A DNA stretch of 37,240 bases from Planctomycetota bacterium (lineage in GTDB: Bacteria; Planctomycetota; SZUA-567; H5-PLA8). Position numbers and translations under genes: made by a program. Under the pieces are notes generated by a model that saw only the letters and a program-made list of their open reading frames with translations, was not told the origin of the DNA and made no database searches. Below are positions 1 through 8,497 of this stretch, in pieces. Every line of letters begins with the position of its first letter. The stretch's first letter is position 1. The stretch is taken from positions 1 through 37,240 of the forward strand of contig BTVV01000057.1 of NCBI GenBank assembly GCA_045863855.1. Direction: 5' to 3'.

Positions 1-120
1 GGGGAGGCCCTGTACCATGCAGCGGAAGCCCGCCATTTGCCGCGCATCGACCGCCTGCATTACCTATACATCGACCTGATGGCAGAGCTGAAGCCGGAGC
101 TAAAGGACGGCGTGGAGTGA
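1..120 (+). CDS. 3' end of an unknown CDS, truncated by the window edge
   Basis: Frame 1 is open from base 1 (GEALYHAAEARHLPRIDRLHYLYIDLMAELKPELKDGVE) to TGA at 118-120, followed by an AT-rich intergenic stretch. Confidence 0.6.
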   Translation, partial: GEALYHAAEARHLPRIDRLHYLYIDLMAELKPELKDGVE

Positions 121-220
121 GCAATAAGTAGTTGCCGTAAAGAGGGTACGTAAAAATAAAAGTTGATACAAGATAAAAACGCTTTAGTTTGGGCGGAGTT
201 CTATCGACGAGGCTTCGTCT

Positions 221-763
221 ATGGCCGCTCTTCCGCCCCGCCGCCGTCCCGTGCGTTCTACGCCAGGTTCCTCCGCCCCGCCGCGCATTCCCCAGCAGCC
301 GAGTCCGGGGGCGACGAATACCGAATCACCGGATGCTCCGCGCCGCCCGATCCGCAGAAAGCCGGCGCGCCCGATCCGCCGAAGCGAATCGGATTCCGGA
401 AGCTTGGTCATGGTGCGCATCGGCCTGATCGTGGCTGTAGTCGTCATCGGCGGAGTGATCAAGTTAGCCACGGCCAAGCCGGCGGGCGATCAGACCTACT
501 GGAATGCACTGGTCCGTTTCGATCGGAATCTGAACAAGCAGGTCTTCCTCTCGCCCGGCGACATGCGCCGGCAGCTCAACCATCTGCCCATCGGCGGAGT
601 GACCGATACAAGATTGCGAGAATTTCACCAAACGTTGCTGGCGCTGCTGGAGCTTTCCGAGAAAGTCCACTCCGATCCCAGCGCCGAACAAAGGGCGCAA
701 CCGCTGATCGACAAGCTCGAACGCTTGCGGCAGGAGCTCAACCGCGACTACGGGAGCGGGTAG
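221..763 (+). CDS. Hypothetical single-pass membrane protein
   Basis: Pro/Arg-rich N-terminus, one hydrophobic segment ([19 protein letters not shown]), helical C-terminus; most protein-like of the overlapping frames. Confidence 0.7.
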   Translation: MAALPPRRRPVRSTPGSSAPPRIPQQPSPGATNTESPDAPRRPIRRKPARPIRRSESDSGSLVMVRIGLIVAVVVIGGVIKLATAKPAGDQTYWNALVRFDRNLNKQVFLSPGDMRRQLNHLPIGGVTDTRLREFHQTLLALLELSEKVHSDPSAEQRAQPLIDKLERLRQELNRDYGSG

Positions 764-1148
764 GGGCTTTCGTTCGTGCGGCCGGGTAGACCGCGGTCAC
801 CGTCGTAGCGATCCCGCCGCGGGCGTTGAAGGCTCCCTCCAGCGTCATCCGCCGCGGGCGGCAACTCTTGACCAGATCGTCGAGGATCGCGTTGGTCACG
901 TGCTCGTGAAAGATGCCTCGGTTGCGGTAGCTTTGCAGGTACAACTTGTAACTCTTCAGCTCCATCACCAGCGCGTCAGGGACGTAGGTCAGCGTCAGCG
1001 TCGCGAAGTCCGGCTGGCCCGTGCGCGGGCAGACGGCCGTGAACTCCGGTGCAACGATGCGGATCTCGTAATCGCGGCCGGGATGTCGATTGGGAAAGCA
1101 TTCGACGGGGCCGGGGCTGGTGACGGGCTTGGGGCGGCGCTTGGCCAT
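738..1148 (-). CDS. queF: NADPH-dependent preQ0 reductase QueF, short type I
   Basis: [10 protein letters not shown] with catalytic Cys, QueF motif [20 protein letters not shown]; start moved to ATG at 1148 (MAKRR) behind GGAGAGG. Confidence 0.93.
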   Translation of the reverse strand: MAKRRPKPVTSPGPVECFPNRHPGRDYEIRIVAPEFTAVCPRTGQPDFATLTLTYVPDALVMELKSYKLYLQSYRNRGIFHEHVTNAILDDLVKSCRPRRMTLEGAFNARGGIATTVTAVYPAARTKAPTRSRSRG

Positions 1149-1224
1149 GCAGGGATCCTCTCCAAAAGCAGGAGCGCAGCATAGCGGGTTAGGCGCGCGG
1201 ATGAAGTGCAGGCGGACGGAACGG

Positions 1225-1485
1225 CTATCGGGCTCGGCGCGCAGGGGGCTTGGCGCCGGCATTCGGACGCCGGGGCCGTTCGGGCGTTTCGTTGCCCGCG
1301 CGCGGCCGGCGCTTGATCCGCGGCGCAGGCGTGGATTTGCCGGACGACGAAACCTGAATGATGCCCCAAACCACCAGCACCGCGCCGAGCACGGCCAGTC
1401 CGATCGTGCTGTTGGTCCCGCGGATCGCGTACGTGCCGCTCAGGCCGCCGATGATAAAGAACACGCCAATCAGGATATTCCACAT
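1225..1485 (-). CDS. Small hypothetical membrane protein (2 TM segments plus basic tail)
   Basis: Hydrophobic [17 protein letters not shown] and [14 protein letters not shown] segments; AAAGG upstream of a GTG start. Confidence 0.7.
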   Translation of the reverse strand: MWNILIGVFFIIGGLSGTYAIRGTNSTIGLAVLGAVLVVWGIIQVSSSGKSTPAPRIKRRPRAGNETPERPRRPNAGAKPPARRAR

Positions 1486-1668
1486 ACCGCGCCGCCTTTC
1501 GAGAAAATGTACGTACTAGAAATAGCATGGGGCAAACGTAAAACAATACACAAGGGGCAAAATGTTTGGTCCTGTCTCGACGGCCCGCGCGCTCCCTGCC
1601 GTGGACACCTCCGCCGCCAGCGGCTATGACGTACTCGTTGCACCGTGCAATTCGACCTGGAGACCGTG

Positions 1669-2574
1669 ATGTCCGCCACCGTACACGTCGGCCATTCGCC
1701 CGATCCCGACGACGCGTTCATGTTCTGTGCGCTGACCTTCGGGAAGTTCGATACTGCGCCGGAGACGTACGAGCACCATCTGCTCGACATCGAGACGCTC
1801 AACCAGAAGGCCGCGCGAGGGGAGTACGAGGTCACCGCGTTCAGCATTCACGCGTATGCGTATTTGACCGAGCGTTACCTGCTCCTGCCGCACGGGGCAA
1901 GCATGGGCGACGGCTACGGGCCCATGATCGTGGCCCGGCCGGGCGATTATGACGGCTCCGATCCGCGCGCCTGGCTGGACGGGAAGCGCATCGCCATACC
2001 GGGCAAGCAGACGAGCGCATTCCTGGCCCTGAACCTCTTCGCCGCAGGCCAGACGGGCGGGGCAGATACGCCGCAGGACGCCGCAAAGACGCCGAGGTTC
2101 GAATCGACGGTCGTGCCGTTCGACGAGATCATGAAGGAGGTCGCCGCCGGAAAGTTCGACGCGGGGCTGATCATTCATGAAGGCCAGTTGACCTACCACG
2201 AACAGGCCAGCGGCGGCCTCAAGAAGGTCGTGGATTTGGGCGAATGGTGGAAGAACCAGACCGGTTTGCCGTTGCCTTTGGGCGGGAACGGGATCCGGCG
2301 CAACTTGGGCCCTGAGCGAATCCGGACGATCAACCGGCACCTCCGCGACAGCATTAAATGGGGCCTGGACCACCGCCAGGAAGCCCTGGAATACGCGTTG
2401 AAATACGCCCGCGATATGGGCATTGACAAAGCCGACCGGTTTGTCGGGATGTACGTCAACGACTACACACTGGACTACGGGCAAGCCGGCCGGAATGCGA
2501 TCAAGCGTTTCTTGAAAGCCGGGTACCAAGCGGGGCTGCTGCCCAAGCTCGTCGAACCCGAATTCGCCTCCTGA
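1669..2574 (+). CDS. mqnD: 1,4-dihydroxy-6-naphthoate synthase MqnD (futalosine menaquinone pathway)
   Basis: GHSPDPDDAFMF, DIETLN, GxSMGDGYGP, GLIIHEGQLTY, LPLPLG and MYVN motifs; ATG 1669 with GGAG upstream. Confidence 0.9.
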   Translation: MSATVHVGHSPDPDDAFMFCALTFGKFDTAPETYEHHLLDIETLNQKAARGEYEVTAFSIHAYAYLTERYLLLPHGASMGDGYGPMIVARPGDYDGSDPRAWLDGKRIAIPGKQTSAFLALNLFAAGQTGGADTPQDAAKTPRFESTVVPFDEIMKEVAAGKFDAGLIIHEGQLTYHEQASGGLKKVVDLGEWWKNQTGLPLPLGGNGIRRNLGPERIRTINRHLRDSIKWGLDHRQEALEYALKYARDMGIDKADRFVGMYVNDYTLDYGQAGRNAIKRFLKAGYQAGLLPKLVEPEFAS

Positions 2575-3355
2575 CCGTGAGGGATACCTCACTTGGGTTC
2601 GCTCGGGGTTGCCCGCCAGCGTGCTTGCAGGGGAACCTAATCAGGCCCAGCTAGGCATCCCAACGGCCGTTTCCCCCCGGTTTAGGCGCTGGTTTGAAGG
2701 CAGAAACGACCCTGCCATAAGCCTAATTAGGGTGCTTCCTAGGTTCCGCATTTTCCAATCGGCCCCGCTCGCAGCTCCAGAATCGATCTAATGCTTTAAG
2801 GGGATCGAGCGTTAAAACGCCGACAGGATTGCACTAGGTGCTTACCGAAAAACTGCACCATCACACCAAAAGTCCGAGCCTCTCGGTGCGGCAAGACTGA
2901 AGCAGGCAGTGCTCTGAGTGAATTAAAACTGATCTGGCTTAAGAGTCAAACTGGCCTATATACGCACCATTTGTAATCTAGAACGGATAGTTTTAAACTA
3001 GATATAAGTGCCTAATTTTTATTTAGGTACTCAGGTTGATAGATATTATATTCATATTAAATATTTAACAAAATATATTTATAGAATTAGCCTATATTGT
3101 TATTCTTTGCTCTATAGATTTCAATTTAGAATTGAATTTGTGGCGGCCTGTGAGTTTGTACGGCCTTTGCTTTTGAAGTACTAAGACTTAAAACTCCACG
3201 CGCGCGTATAAGAGGAGCGCTATAGGTGCTTGGTTGGCGCTTGGCGAGGAAAAGCTATACCGACTCCCCCTAGGCAGGCCGCGGCACTCCTGGGGCCACA
3301 GGCCGACTGGGGAATGCCTTAAGCTCCGAGTCTCCCAAGGCCGATACTCCGCGGC
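2575..3355. other. Gene-free region with very AT-rich core and repeated TAGGYRCT motifs; candidate replication origin
   Basis: No credible ORF; AT-rich core ~2985-3140 in a GC-rich window; TAGGYRCT-containing 9-mers at 2682, 2834, 3007(-), 3023 and 3222; parS ~900 bp downstream. Confidence 0.45.
2577..2594 (+). terminator. Short hairpin after mqnD, possible weak terminator
   Basis: GTGAGG-GATA-CCTCAC directly after the stop codon; only TT follows. Confidence 0.3.
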
Positions 3356-4168
3356 ATGGGGGGGAGTGCCGACACTGTCGCGGTGCGTCCGTTGGACGCT
3401 GCTGCGGTCACGAGTCCGCGGGCCAGCGCCGCGGGATCGGGAGGCAACGCGTGGCTGCGCGGAGCCAAGCTGCTGGTCGCGATTTTGCTCCTGCCTGCCT
3501 GCCTCGGTTTTACCCAAGGCTTTTCGGCGCACTTCCTGCACCTCGGCGCAAAGGTCCGCGTCCAGATGCTCGGCTGGCCCGTCGAGGTTCAGTGGCTGGG
3601 CTGGGGCATCCTTGCGTTTACGATCTTCGCGGCACTGCTCTGGCGGCCGTTAATGCCGTACCTGTTCGCCCACGAACTCGTTCATGCCCTGGCCACGTGG
3701 CTTTGCCTGGGCCGGGTCAGCAACCTGCGAGTTTCGGCCACCGGCGGGCAGGTGACGACCAGTAAAAGCAATACGTTCATCCGCCTCGCACCGTACTTCG
3801 TGCCGCTGTACACGCTTCTGGCGGCTGGGATTTTCCTGGCGCTCGATGCGTGGTGGCGCCCGCTGAGCGACTATCGCTGGATCCTGGCCGGCGTCCTGGG
3901 CTTTACGTTGGCGTATCACGTGGCCTACACGGTCTGGAGCCTAAGGCGCGATCAGCCCGACCTGCGCCCGGACGGCTGGCTTTTCTCGATCGTCGTAATC
4001 TACCTTGGCAATTTGGCGGTCATCGCGGCGGTTCTGGGTCTGACGCTTTCCGGGTCGGCACGCGGCTGCGGTGAGCATGTGGCGGGGGTGGCCTTGCTGG
4101 GTTGGGAGCAAAGCGGTTTGGTCTACCGCGAGCTTTACGCGACGCTTGAGAACTGGTTGCAGAAGTGA
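3356..4168 (+). CDS. Membrane metallopeptidase, M50/M50B-like (HExxH)
   Basis: Several TM segments; LFAHELVHAL, GGQV, RLAPYF and a downstream Asp (QPDL) as possible third ligand. Confidence 0.7.
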   Translation: MGGSADTVAVRPLDAAAVTSPRASAAGSGGNAWLRGAKLLVAILLLPACLGFTQGFSAHFLHLGAKVRVQMLGWPVEVQWLGWGILAFTIFAALLWRPLMPYLFAHELVHALATWLCLGRVSNLRVSATGGQVTTSKSNTFIRLAPYFVPLYTLLAAGIFLALDAWWRPLSDYRWILAGVLGFTLAYHVAYTVWSLRRDQPDLRPDGWLFSIVVIYLGNLAVIAAVLGLTLSGSARGCGEHVAGVALLGWEQSGLVYRELYATLENWLQK

Positions 4169-4170
4169 GA

Positions 4171-4271
4171 CATAACACGCCTTCCCCCTCGATAATGTCC
4201 TGCATTAGAACCAACATCTGTAATCCAAGTGTTATGAGTGGTGGAGATCTGTTATGAGGAGGCTCATAACA
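4171..4271. repeat. Cluster of four CATAACA boxes including the inverted repeat TGTTATGAG-N4-CTCATAACA
   Basis: CATAACA 4171-4177; TGTTATGAG 4230-4238 and 4250-4258; CTCATAACA 4263-4271. Confidence 0.7.
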
Positions 4272-4284
4272 AAGCGAAGTGTAA

Positions 4285-4300
4285 TGTTCCACGTGGAACA
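4285..4300. promoter_or_regulatory. parS: parS site (ParB/Spo0J binding)
   Basis: Perfect intergenic 16-bp palindrome TGTTCCACGTGGAACA matching the established consensus TGTTYCACGTGRAACA; palindrome extends to 4283-4302. Confidence 0.9.
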
Positions 4301-4473
4301 TTTGCCTTTTCATCGGGTGTGAGCCTTGAAGCTAGGCATTGGACTTGGCCGACGATGCCCGGATTCGCGGCTCCCATGCGCCCTCGAATCGATTAAGCTG
4401 ACGGTTTCAAGTTTCGCCGGCGCGGTGCGTCTTGTTCCCAACCTGAGCCGGTCCCAAACCCCGAGGCCCCGCC

Positions 4474-5364
4474 ATGGCGGCGAAGCTGTCCGTCCTTATT
4501 CCGGTCTTTAACGAGGAGGAGAACCTCCCGGAATGCCTGGCTTCCGTGCAGGGGTTGGCCGACGAGATCCTGGTCGTGGACAGCTATTCGACGGACAAGA
4601 CCGTGGCCATAGCCGAGGCCGCCGGCGCGCGAGTCTTGCAGCATGAGTACGTGAACTCGGCCGCCCAGAAGAACTGGTCGATTCCGCAGTGCGCCCACGA
4701 TTGGGTCTATATCATCGACGCCGACGAGCGCATGACGCCCGAGTTGCGCGAGGAGATCAAGGCGCTCCTGGCGCGCCCCGAAGGCCCGGAATGCGACGGG
4801 TACTTCATGGTTCGGCGTAACTACTTCCTGGGGGGCGAGGTGCGGCACAGCGGCTGGGCGAGCAACGACGTGCAGCGGCTGTTCAGGCGGGAGAAGGGCC
4901 GCTACGCGGAACGCGAGGTGCACGCCGACGTGGAAGTTCAGGGTTCCAGCGGCCGGCTTAAGGGGAAGCTAGACCACATTACGCTTCCGCCCACGATCGT
5001 GGGACTCAACCGGTACTTCCAGCGCTTTAATCGCTATACCACCCAGGCCGCCGAGCGCTACTACCGCGAAGGGCGCAAAGCCTACCCTTGGAATTTCGTG
5101 CTCCATCCGGCCTGGGAGTTCTTCCGCGTCTATTTCGTGCGGCTGGGCATCCTGGATGGCATTCCGGGGTTGACCATCGCGGCGGTGAGCAGCTTTACTC
5201 GGTTCGTGCGCTACTTGAAGCTGTATGCGTTGATCCGGTCCAACAAGCCGCGGCATCAGGCGTACGACGCGGGCACGACGACGGCTCGCGAAATCGACGG
5301 CGTACAAGATGCCCATCGCTCCGACGACAGCCAGGCGGCGCGCGCGGAGCCGGTCCGGCCTTGA
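4474..5364 (+). CDS. Glycosyltransferase family 2 (KdtX/WaaE-like, LPS-core type)
   Basis: LSVLIPVFNEEENL, VVDSYSTDKT, AQKNW, IIDADE (DxD), RLFRR and RLGILDG motifs. Confidence 0.9.
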   Translation: MAAKLSVLIPVFNEEENLPECLASVQGLADEILVVDSYSTDKTVAIAEAAGARVLQHEYVNSAAQKNWSIPQCAHDWVYIIDADERMTPELREEIKALLARPEGPECDGYFMVRRNYFLGGEVRHSGWASNDVQRLFRREKGRYAEREVHADVEVQGSSGRLKGKLDHITLPPTIVGLNRYFQRFNRYTTQAAERYYREGRKAYPWNFVLHPAWEFFRVYFVRLGILDGIPGLTIAAVSSFTRFVRYLKLYALIRSNKPRHQAYDAGTTTAREIDGVQDAHRSDDSQAARAEPVRP

Positions 5365-7139
5365 AATACCTTCTGCGCGCGCTGAAGCTCCTGCTGCCCC
5401 ACAAGGGGATGGTGGCGTTGTACTTGGTGGTCGCCGTCCTGCTGGCGATTCTGGAAAGTCTGCCGCTGTTTCTCGGCCAAGCCTGGCTGCAGCGTTTGCA
5501 GGACAAGCCGCTGCGCCACAACGACTGGTTGGGGCACTTTGTAAACGATCACATCGCCTCGCATTTTCAGGGCGATAAGGCCTACCTGTCGGCGCTGTGC
5601 GCCGCGATCGCGATCAGCATCCTGCTTAAAGCCGTTTTGAGCTACCTCGATACGTACATGCAAGGCTGGATTTCGAACCGGCTCTGCACGGACGCGATGA
5701 GCAAGCTGATGCATCACATGCTGGGACTGGATATCGGCTACTTCGACCGGCGCAAGTTGGGCGACCTGGTCACCCGCATGGCGGGCGATACGCAGTTTCT
5801 GCGAAGGACGGCGAAGTTGACACTCGACTTCCTGCAAAAGCCGCCGCTCATCGTGGCGCTTGTTTGCACCGCGCTCTGGATGAACAGCAAACTGTTCTTC
5901 TATTCCGTGATCCTGGTTCCGCTGATCGTCGTACCGCTCCTGGTGGTGACCCGCAATATCTATAAGTTCGCACTTCGCGCGCGCCAAAAGGCGGCGGACA
6001 TGGCGCAGGAGATGCTGCAGGCGTTAACCGGCATGCGCACGGTCCAGGCGTACGGCGCGGTGGAGGAAGAAGGGCGCAATTTTCAGCGCTTGGCCGATGG
6101 CTATTTCCGGACCAGCATGCGCCGCGCCCGCAACCGCGCGCTGCAGCGCCCGATGGCCGAAGTGGTGATGGGCATGGGCGGCGTGGTGGTTCTGTACATC
6201 GGGAGCCTGCAGGTCATCAATCGAGAAATGGGCATCGAGGAATTCGTGACCTTCGTCGGCGCGATGGCAATGCTCTATTCGCCGGTGCGCGGGATGATCG
6301 CGGCGCTGGGCGAGATTGCCGAGTTCGTACCCTCAGCCGAACGGACCTTCGAGGTGCTGGAGACGGTTCCGCAGATTCAGAACGCGCCCGGCGCAGTGGC
6401 GTGCCCGCGTCTGGAAAAGGAGTTGGCGTTCGAGGACGTGAGCTTCGACTACGGGCGCGGTCCGGTCTTCGAACACCTGGATTTGCGCATCAAGGCGGGC
6501 GAGCGGATCGGCATCGTGGGGCGCACGGGCGTCGGCAAATCCACGCTTCTTTCGCTGGTCCTGCGCTTCTACGATCCGACTTCGGGGCGCGTGACGATAG
6601 ACGGGGCCGATTTGAAGCAGGTGACGATAGAGAGCCTGCGCGCGCAGATCGCTTACGTCGGCCAGGATCCGTTTCTTTTCCACAGCACCATTTCCGATAA
6701 TATCCGCTACGGAAAACCCGAGGCGACGCAGGAGGAAATCGAGGCCGCCGCGCGGGCCGCTTCGATCCACGACGATATCCAGCTGCTGCCCGAAGGCTAC
6801 GCGACGGTGGCCGGCGAACGCGGGGTGTCCTTGAGCGGCGGGCAGCGCCAGCGCATCGCGCTGGCGCGGGCGATCGTGCGCAACGCGCCGATCCTGCTGC
6901 TCGACGAAGCCACCAGCGCGCTTGATTCGAACGTAGAGCAAAAAGTTCAGGACGCGCTGCATCGCCTCGCCGAGGGGCGCACGAGTTTGATCGTCGCGCA
7001 CCGGCTCAGTACGCTGCGCTCGGTGGACCGGATCGTCGTCTTCCGGGCGAGCGGCGGGATCGAAGCGGTGGGGCCGCACGAGGAGTTGCTGCAGACGTCG
7101 CCGACCTATCAAAAGCTTTGGGAAGGCCACACCGGGTAG
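5361..7139 (+). CDS. ABC exporter with fused TMD and NBD, MsbA-like
   Basis: TM domain, Walker A GRTGVGKS, LSGGQRQR, LLLDEATSALD, AHRLST; TTG start at 5361 overlaps the GT2 stop (TTGA). Confidence 0.92.
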   Translation: MKYLLRALKLLLPHKGMVALYLVVAVLLAILESLPLFLGQAWLQRLQDKPLRHNDWLGHFVNDHIASHFQGDKAYLSALCAAIAISILLKAVLSYLDTYMQGWISNRLCTDAMSKLMHHMLGLDIGYFDRRKLGDLVTRMAGDTQFLRRTAKLTLDFLQKPPLIVALVCTALWMNSKLFFYSVILVPLIVVPLLVVTRNIYKFALRARQKAADMAQEMLQALTGMRTVQAYGAVEEEGRNFQRLADGYFRTSMRRARNRALQRPMAEVVMGMGGVVVLYIGSLQVINREMGIEEFVTFVGAMAMLYSPVRGMIAALGEIAEFVPSAERTFEVLETVPQIQNAPGAVACPRLEKELAFEDVSFDYGRGPVFEHLDLRIKAGERIGIVGRTGVGKSTLLSLVLRFYDPTSGRVTIDGADLKQVTIESLRAQIAYVGQDPFLFHSTISDNIRYGKPEATQEEIEAAARAASIHDDIQLLPEGYATVAGERGVSLSGGQRQRIALARAIVRNAPILLLDEATSALDSNVEQKVQDALHRLAEGRTSLIVAHRLSTLRSVDRIVVFRASGGIEAVGPHEELLQTSPTYQKLWEGHTG

Positions 7140-7286
7140 GCTGCCGAGACGGTGCCGGAGGCGCTGGGCGAGACGCAGCCCGCTCCGGCCCGGGAGCGCC
7201 GAGCGGCCGAGTCGCCGCGCAGGGCGGAGTAGAGGCGGAAGCCGGCTTTCGGAACCAGAAGCCCAGACTTGGGTGTGCTAACGACT

Positions 7287-7634
7287 ATGGATGAGCGATC
7301 CTGGCTAGTGGCACAAATGCTTTCCTACAGTCCGATCTCCTGGATGGCTTTTTCGGGCATTGTGTATGGCTCGGCGCGTCTGGGAGCCGCGCGAGGCTTA
7401 CTTTGCGGTTATGCCGTAATGCTGACGCTGGTGGCGGCGCTGGATCTATACTGGATTCAAGGTGAGATGAGCAAACTTGGCTGGGACGGTTCACCCGATC
7501 AGGATTTCTTCTTTCACGTGGGCTTCATATTGCGAGCACTGGTGATCGCGCTGGTGGTCTTGCCCGCTGCGGTCCTGGGGCTTTGGCAAAAAGCACGCAC
7601 CGACGGTGCAAGGCAGGCGCGCGAAGCCGCATGA
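7287..7634 (+). CDS. Hypothetical membrane protein (~3 TM segments)
   Basis: Hydrophobic segments around a WDGSPDQD loop; start uncertain (TTG 7269 or ATG 7287). Confidence 0.65.
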   Translation: MDERSWLVAQMLSYSPISWMAFSGIVYGSARLGAARGLLCGYAVMLTLVAALDLYWIQGEMSKLGWDGSPDQDFFFHVGFILRALVIALVVLPAAVLGLWQKARTDGARQAREAA

Positions 7635-7649
7635 GTGTGGAGTGCTCGA

Positions 7650-8468
7650 ATGCCCGTGCTCGAGATCCGCAATCTAGAGCTTCACGTCACGCATGCCTGC
7701 AACCTCGCGTGCGAAAGCTGCTCCCATTATTCCAACCAGCATCACGCGGGACATCTGGATCTGGACGAAGCCGAGCGCTGGATGCGCGCCTGGGCGCCGC
7801 GGGTGCAGCCGCGCACGTTCTCGCTGCTGGGCGGTGAACCGTCCATCCACCCCCGGCTGGCTGAATTCATCCCGCTGACGCGCCGGTATTTTCATGACAG
7901 TAGGCTGCGCCTGGTCACCAACGGCTTCTTTTTGCATCGCCATCCCGAATTGCCGTGGGCGCTGCGCGACGATCCGCACGCTGAGCTGCATCTGTCCGTG
8001 CATCACTCGTCCGCCGAGTACATGGACCGGCTTCAGCCCGCGCTGGATCTGGTGGAAGGCTGGGTTAATGAGCACCGCATCCGCTTGGTGTTGTATGTGA
8101 GCCACCGGCACTGGACGCGCCGGTATCACGGGTTTGGCGCGGAGATGCGCCCCTTCGAGGACGGTCTGCCGAGGCAAAGCTGGGACGCGTGTCCGGCCAA
8201 GTACTGCACGCAGTTGCACGACGGCCGAATCTGGAAATGCCCGCCGTTGGCCTATCTGCCGATGCAGGCAGCGAAGCATTCGATGAGTTCGGCGTGGCAG
8301 CCGTACTTGCACTACAAGCCGCTCGACTCCGATTGCTCGGAGGCCGAGTTGGCGGCATTCTTCGCGCGCGAGGACGAGCGTTTTTGCGGGATGTGTCCGG
8401 CCCGCCCCGAGCGCATGGATCTGCCCAATCCGCTACCGGCATCCAATCTTCCTCGCTACGCCGAGTAG
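7650..8468 (+). CDS. Radical SAM protein with Cys-rich C-terminal extension
   Basis: CNLACESC (CxxxCxxC), LLGGEP, LVTNG; extra CPAKYC, WKCP and CGMC; ATG 7650 with GGAG upstream. Confidence 0.9.
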   Translation: MPVLEIRNLELHVTHACNLACESCSHYSNQHHAGHLDLDEAERWMRAWAPRVQPRTFSLLGGEPSIHPRLAEFIPLTRRYFHDSRLRLVTNGFFLHRHPELPWALRDDPHAELHLSVHHSSAEYMDRLQPALDLVEGWVNEHRIRLVLYVSHRHWTRRYHGFGAEMRPFEDGLPRQSWDACPAKYCTQLHDGRIWKCPPLAYLPMQAAKHSMSSAWQPYLHYKPLDSDCSEAELAAFFAREDERFCGMCPARPERMDLPNPLPASNLPRYAE

Positions 8469-8497
8469 TGCGTAGCTTTCGAATGGGAGCCGAGTTT

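Noticed and set aside
1149..1224. preQ1 riboswitch upstream of queF
   Set aside because: No preQ1-I stem with A-rich 3' tail or other recognisable aptamer on the minus strand
2609..2791. 60-aa ORF in the gene-free region
   Set aside because: TTG start, no RBS, atypical codons, no recognisable protein features
3063..3090. dif-like site: the minus strand reads ...TTTTGTTAAAT, one mismatch from the XerD arm TTATGTTAAAT
   Set aside because: The XerC arm matches poorly with a 6-bp spacer (ATAA aligns only with 5 bp), the tract is so AT-rich that chance matches are likely, and nearby parS points to the origin rather than the terminus
2630..3280. CRISPR array or iteron-type tandem repeats
   Set aside because: The repeated motifs are only 8-9 bp, irregularly spaced and in both orientations; no 23-47 bp repeats with unique spacers and no Rep gene
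5088..5360. N-terminal extension of the ABC ORF given in the ORF track
   Set aside because: Overlaps the GT2 coding region and is not protein-like; the coupled TTG at 5361 is the better start
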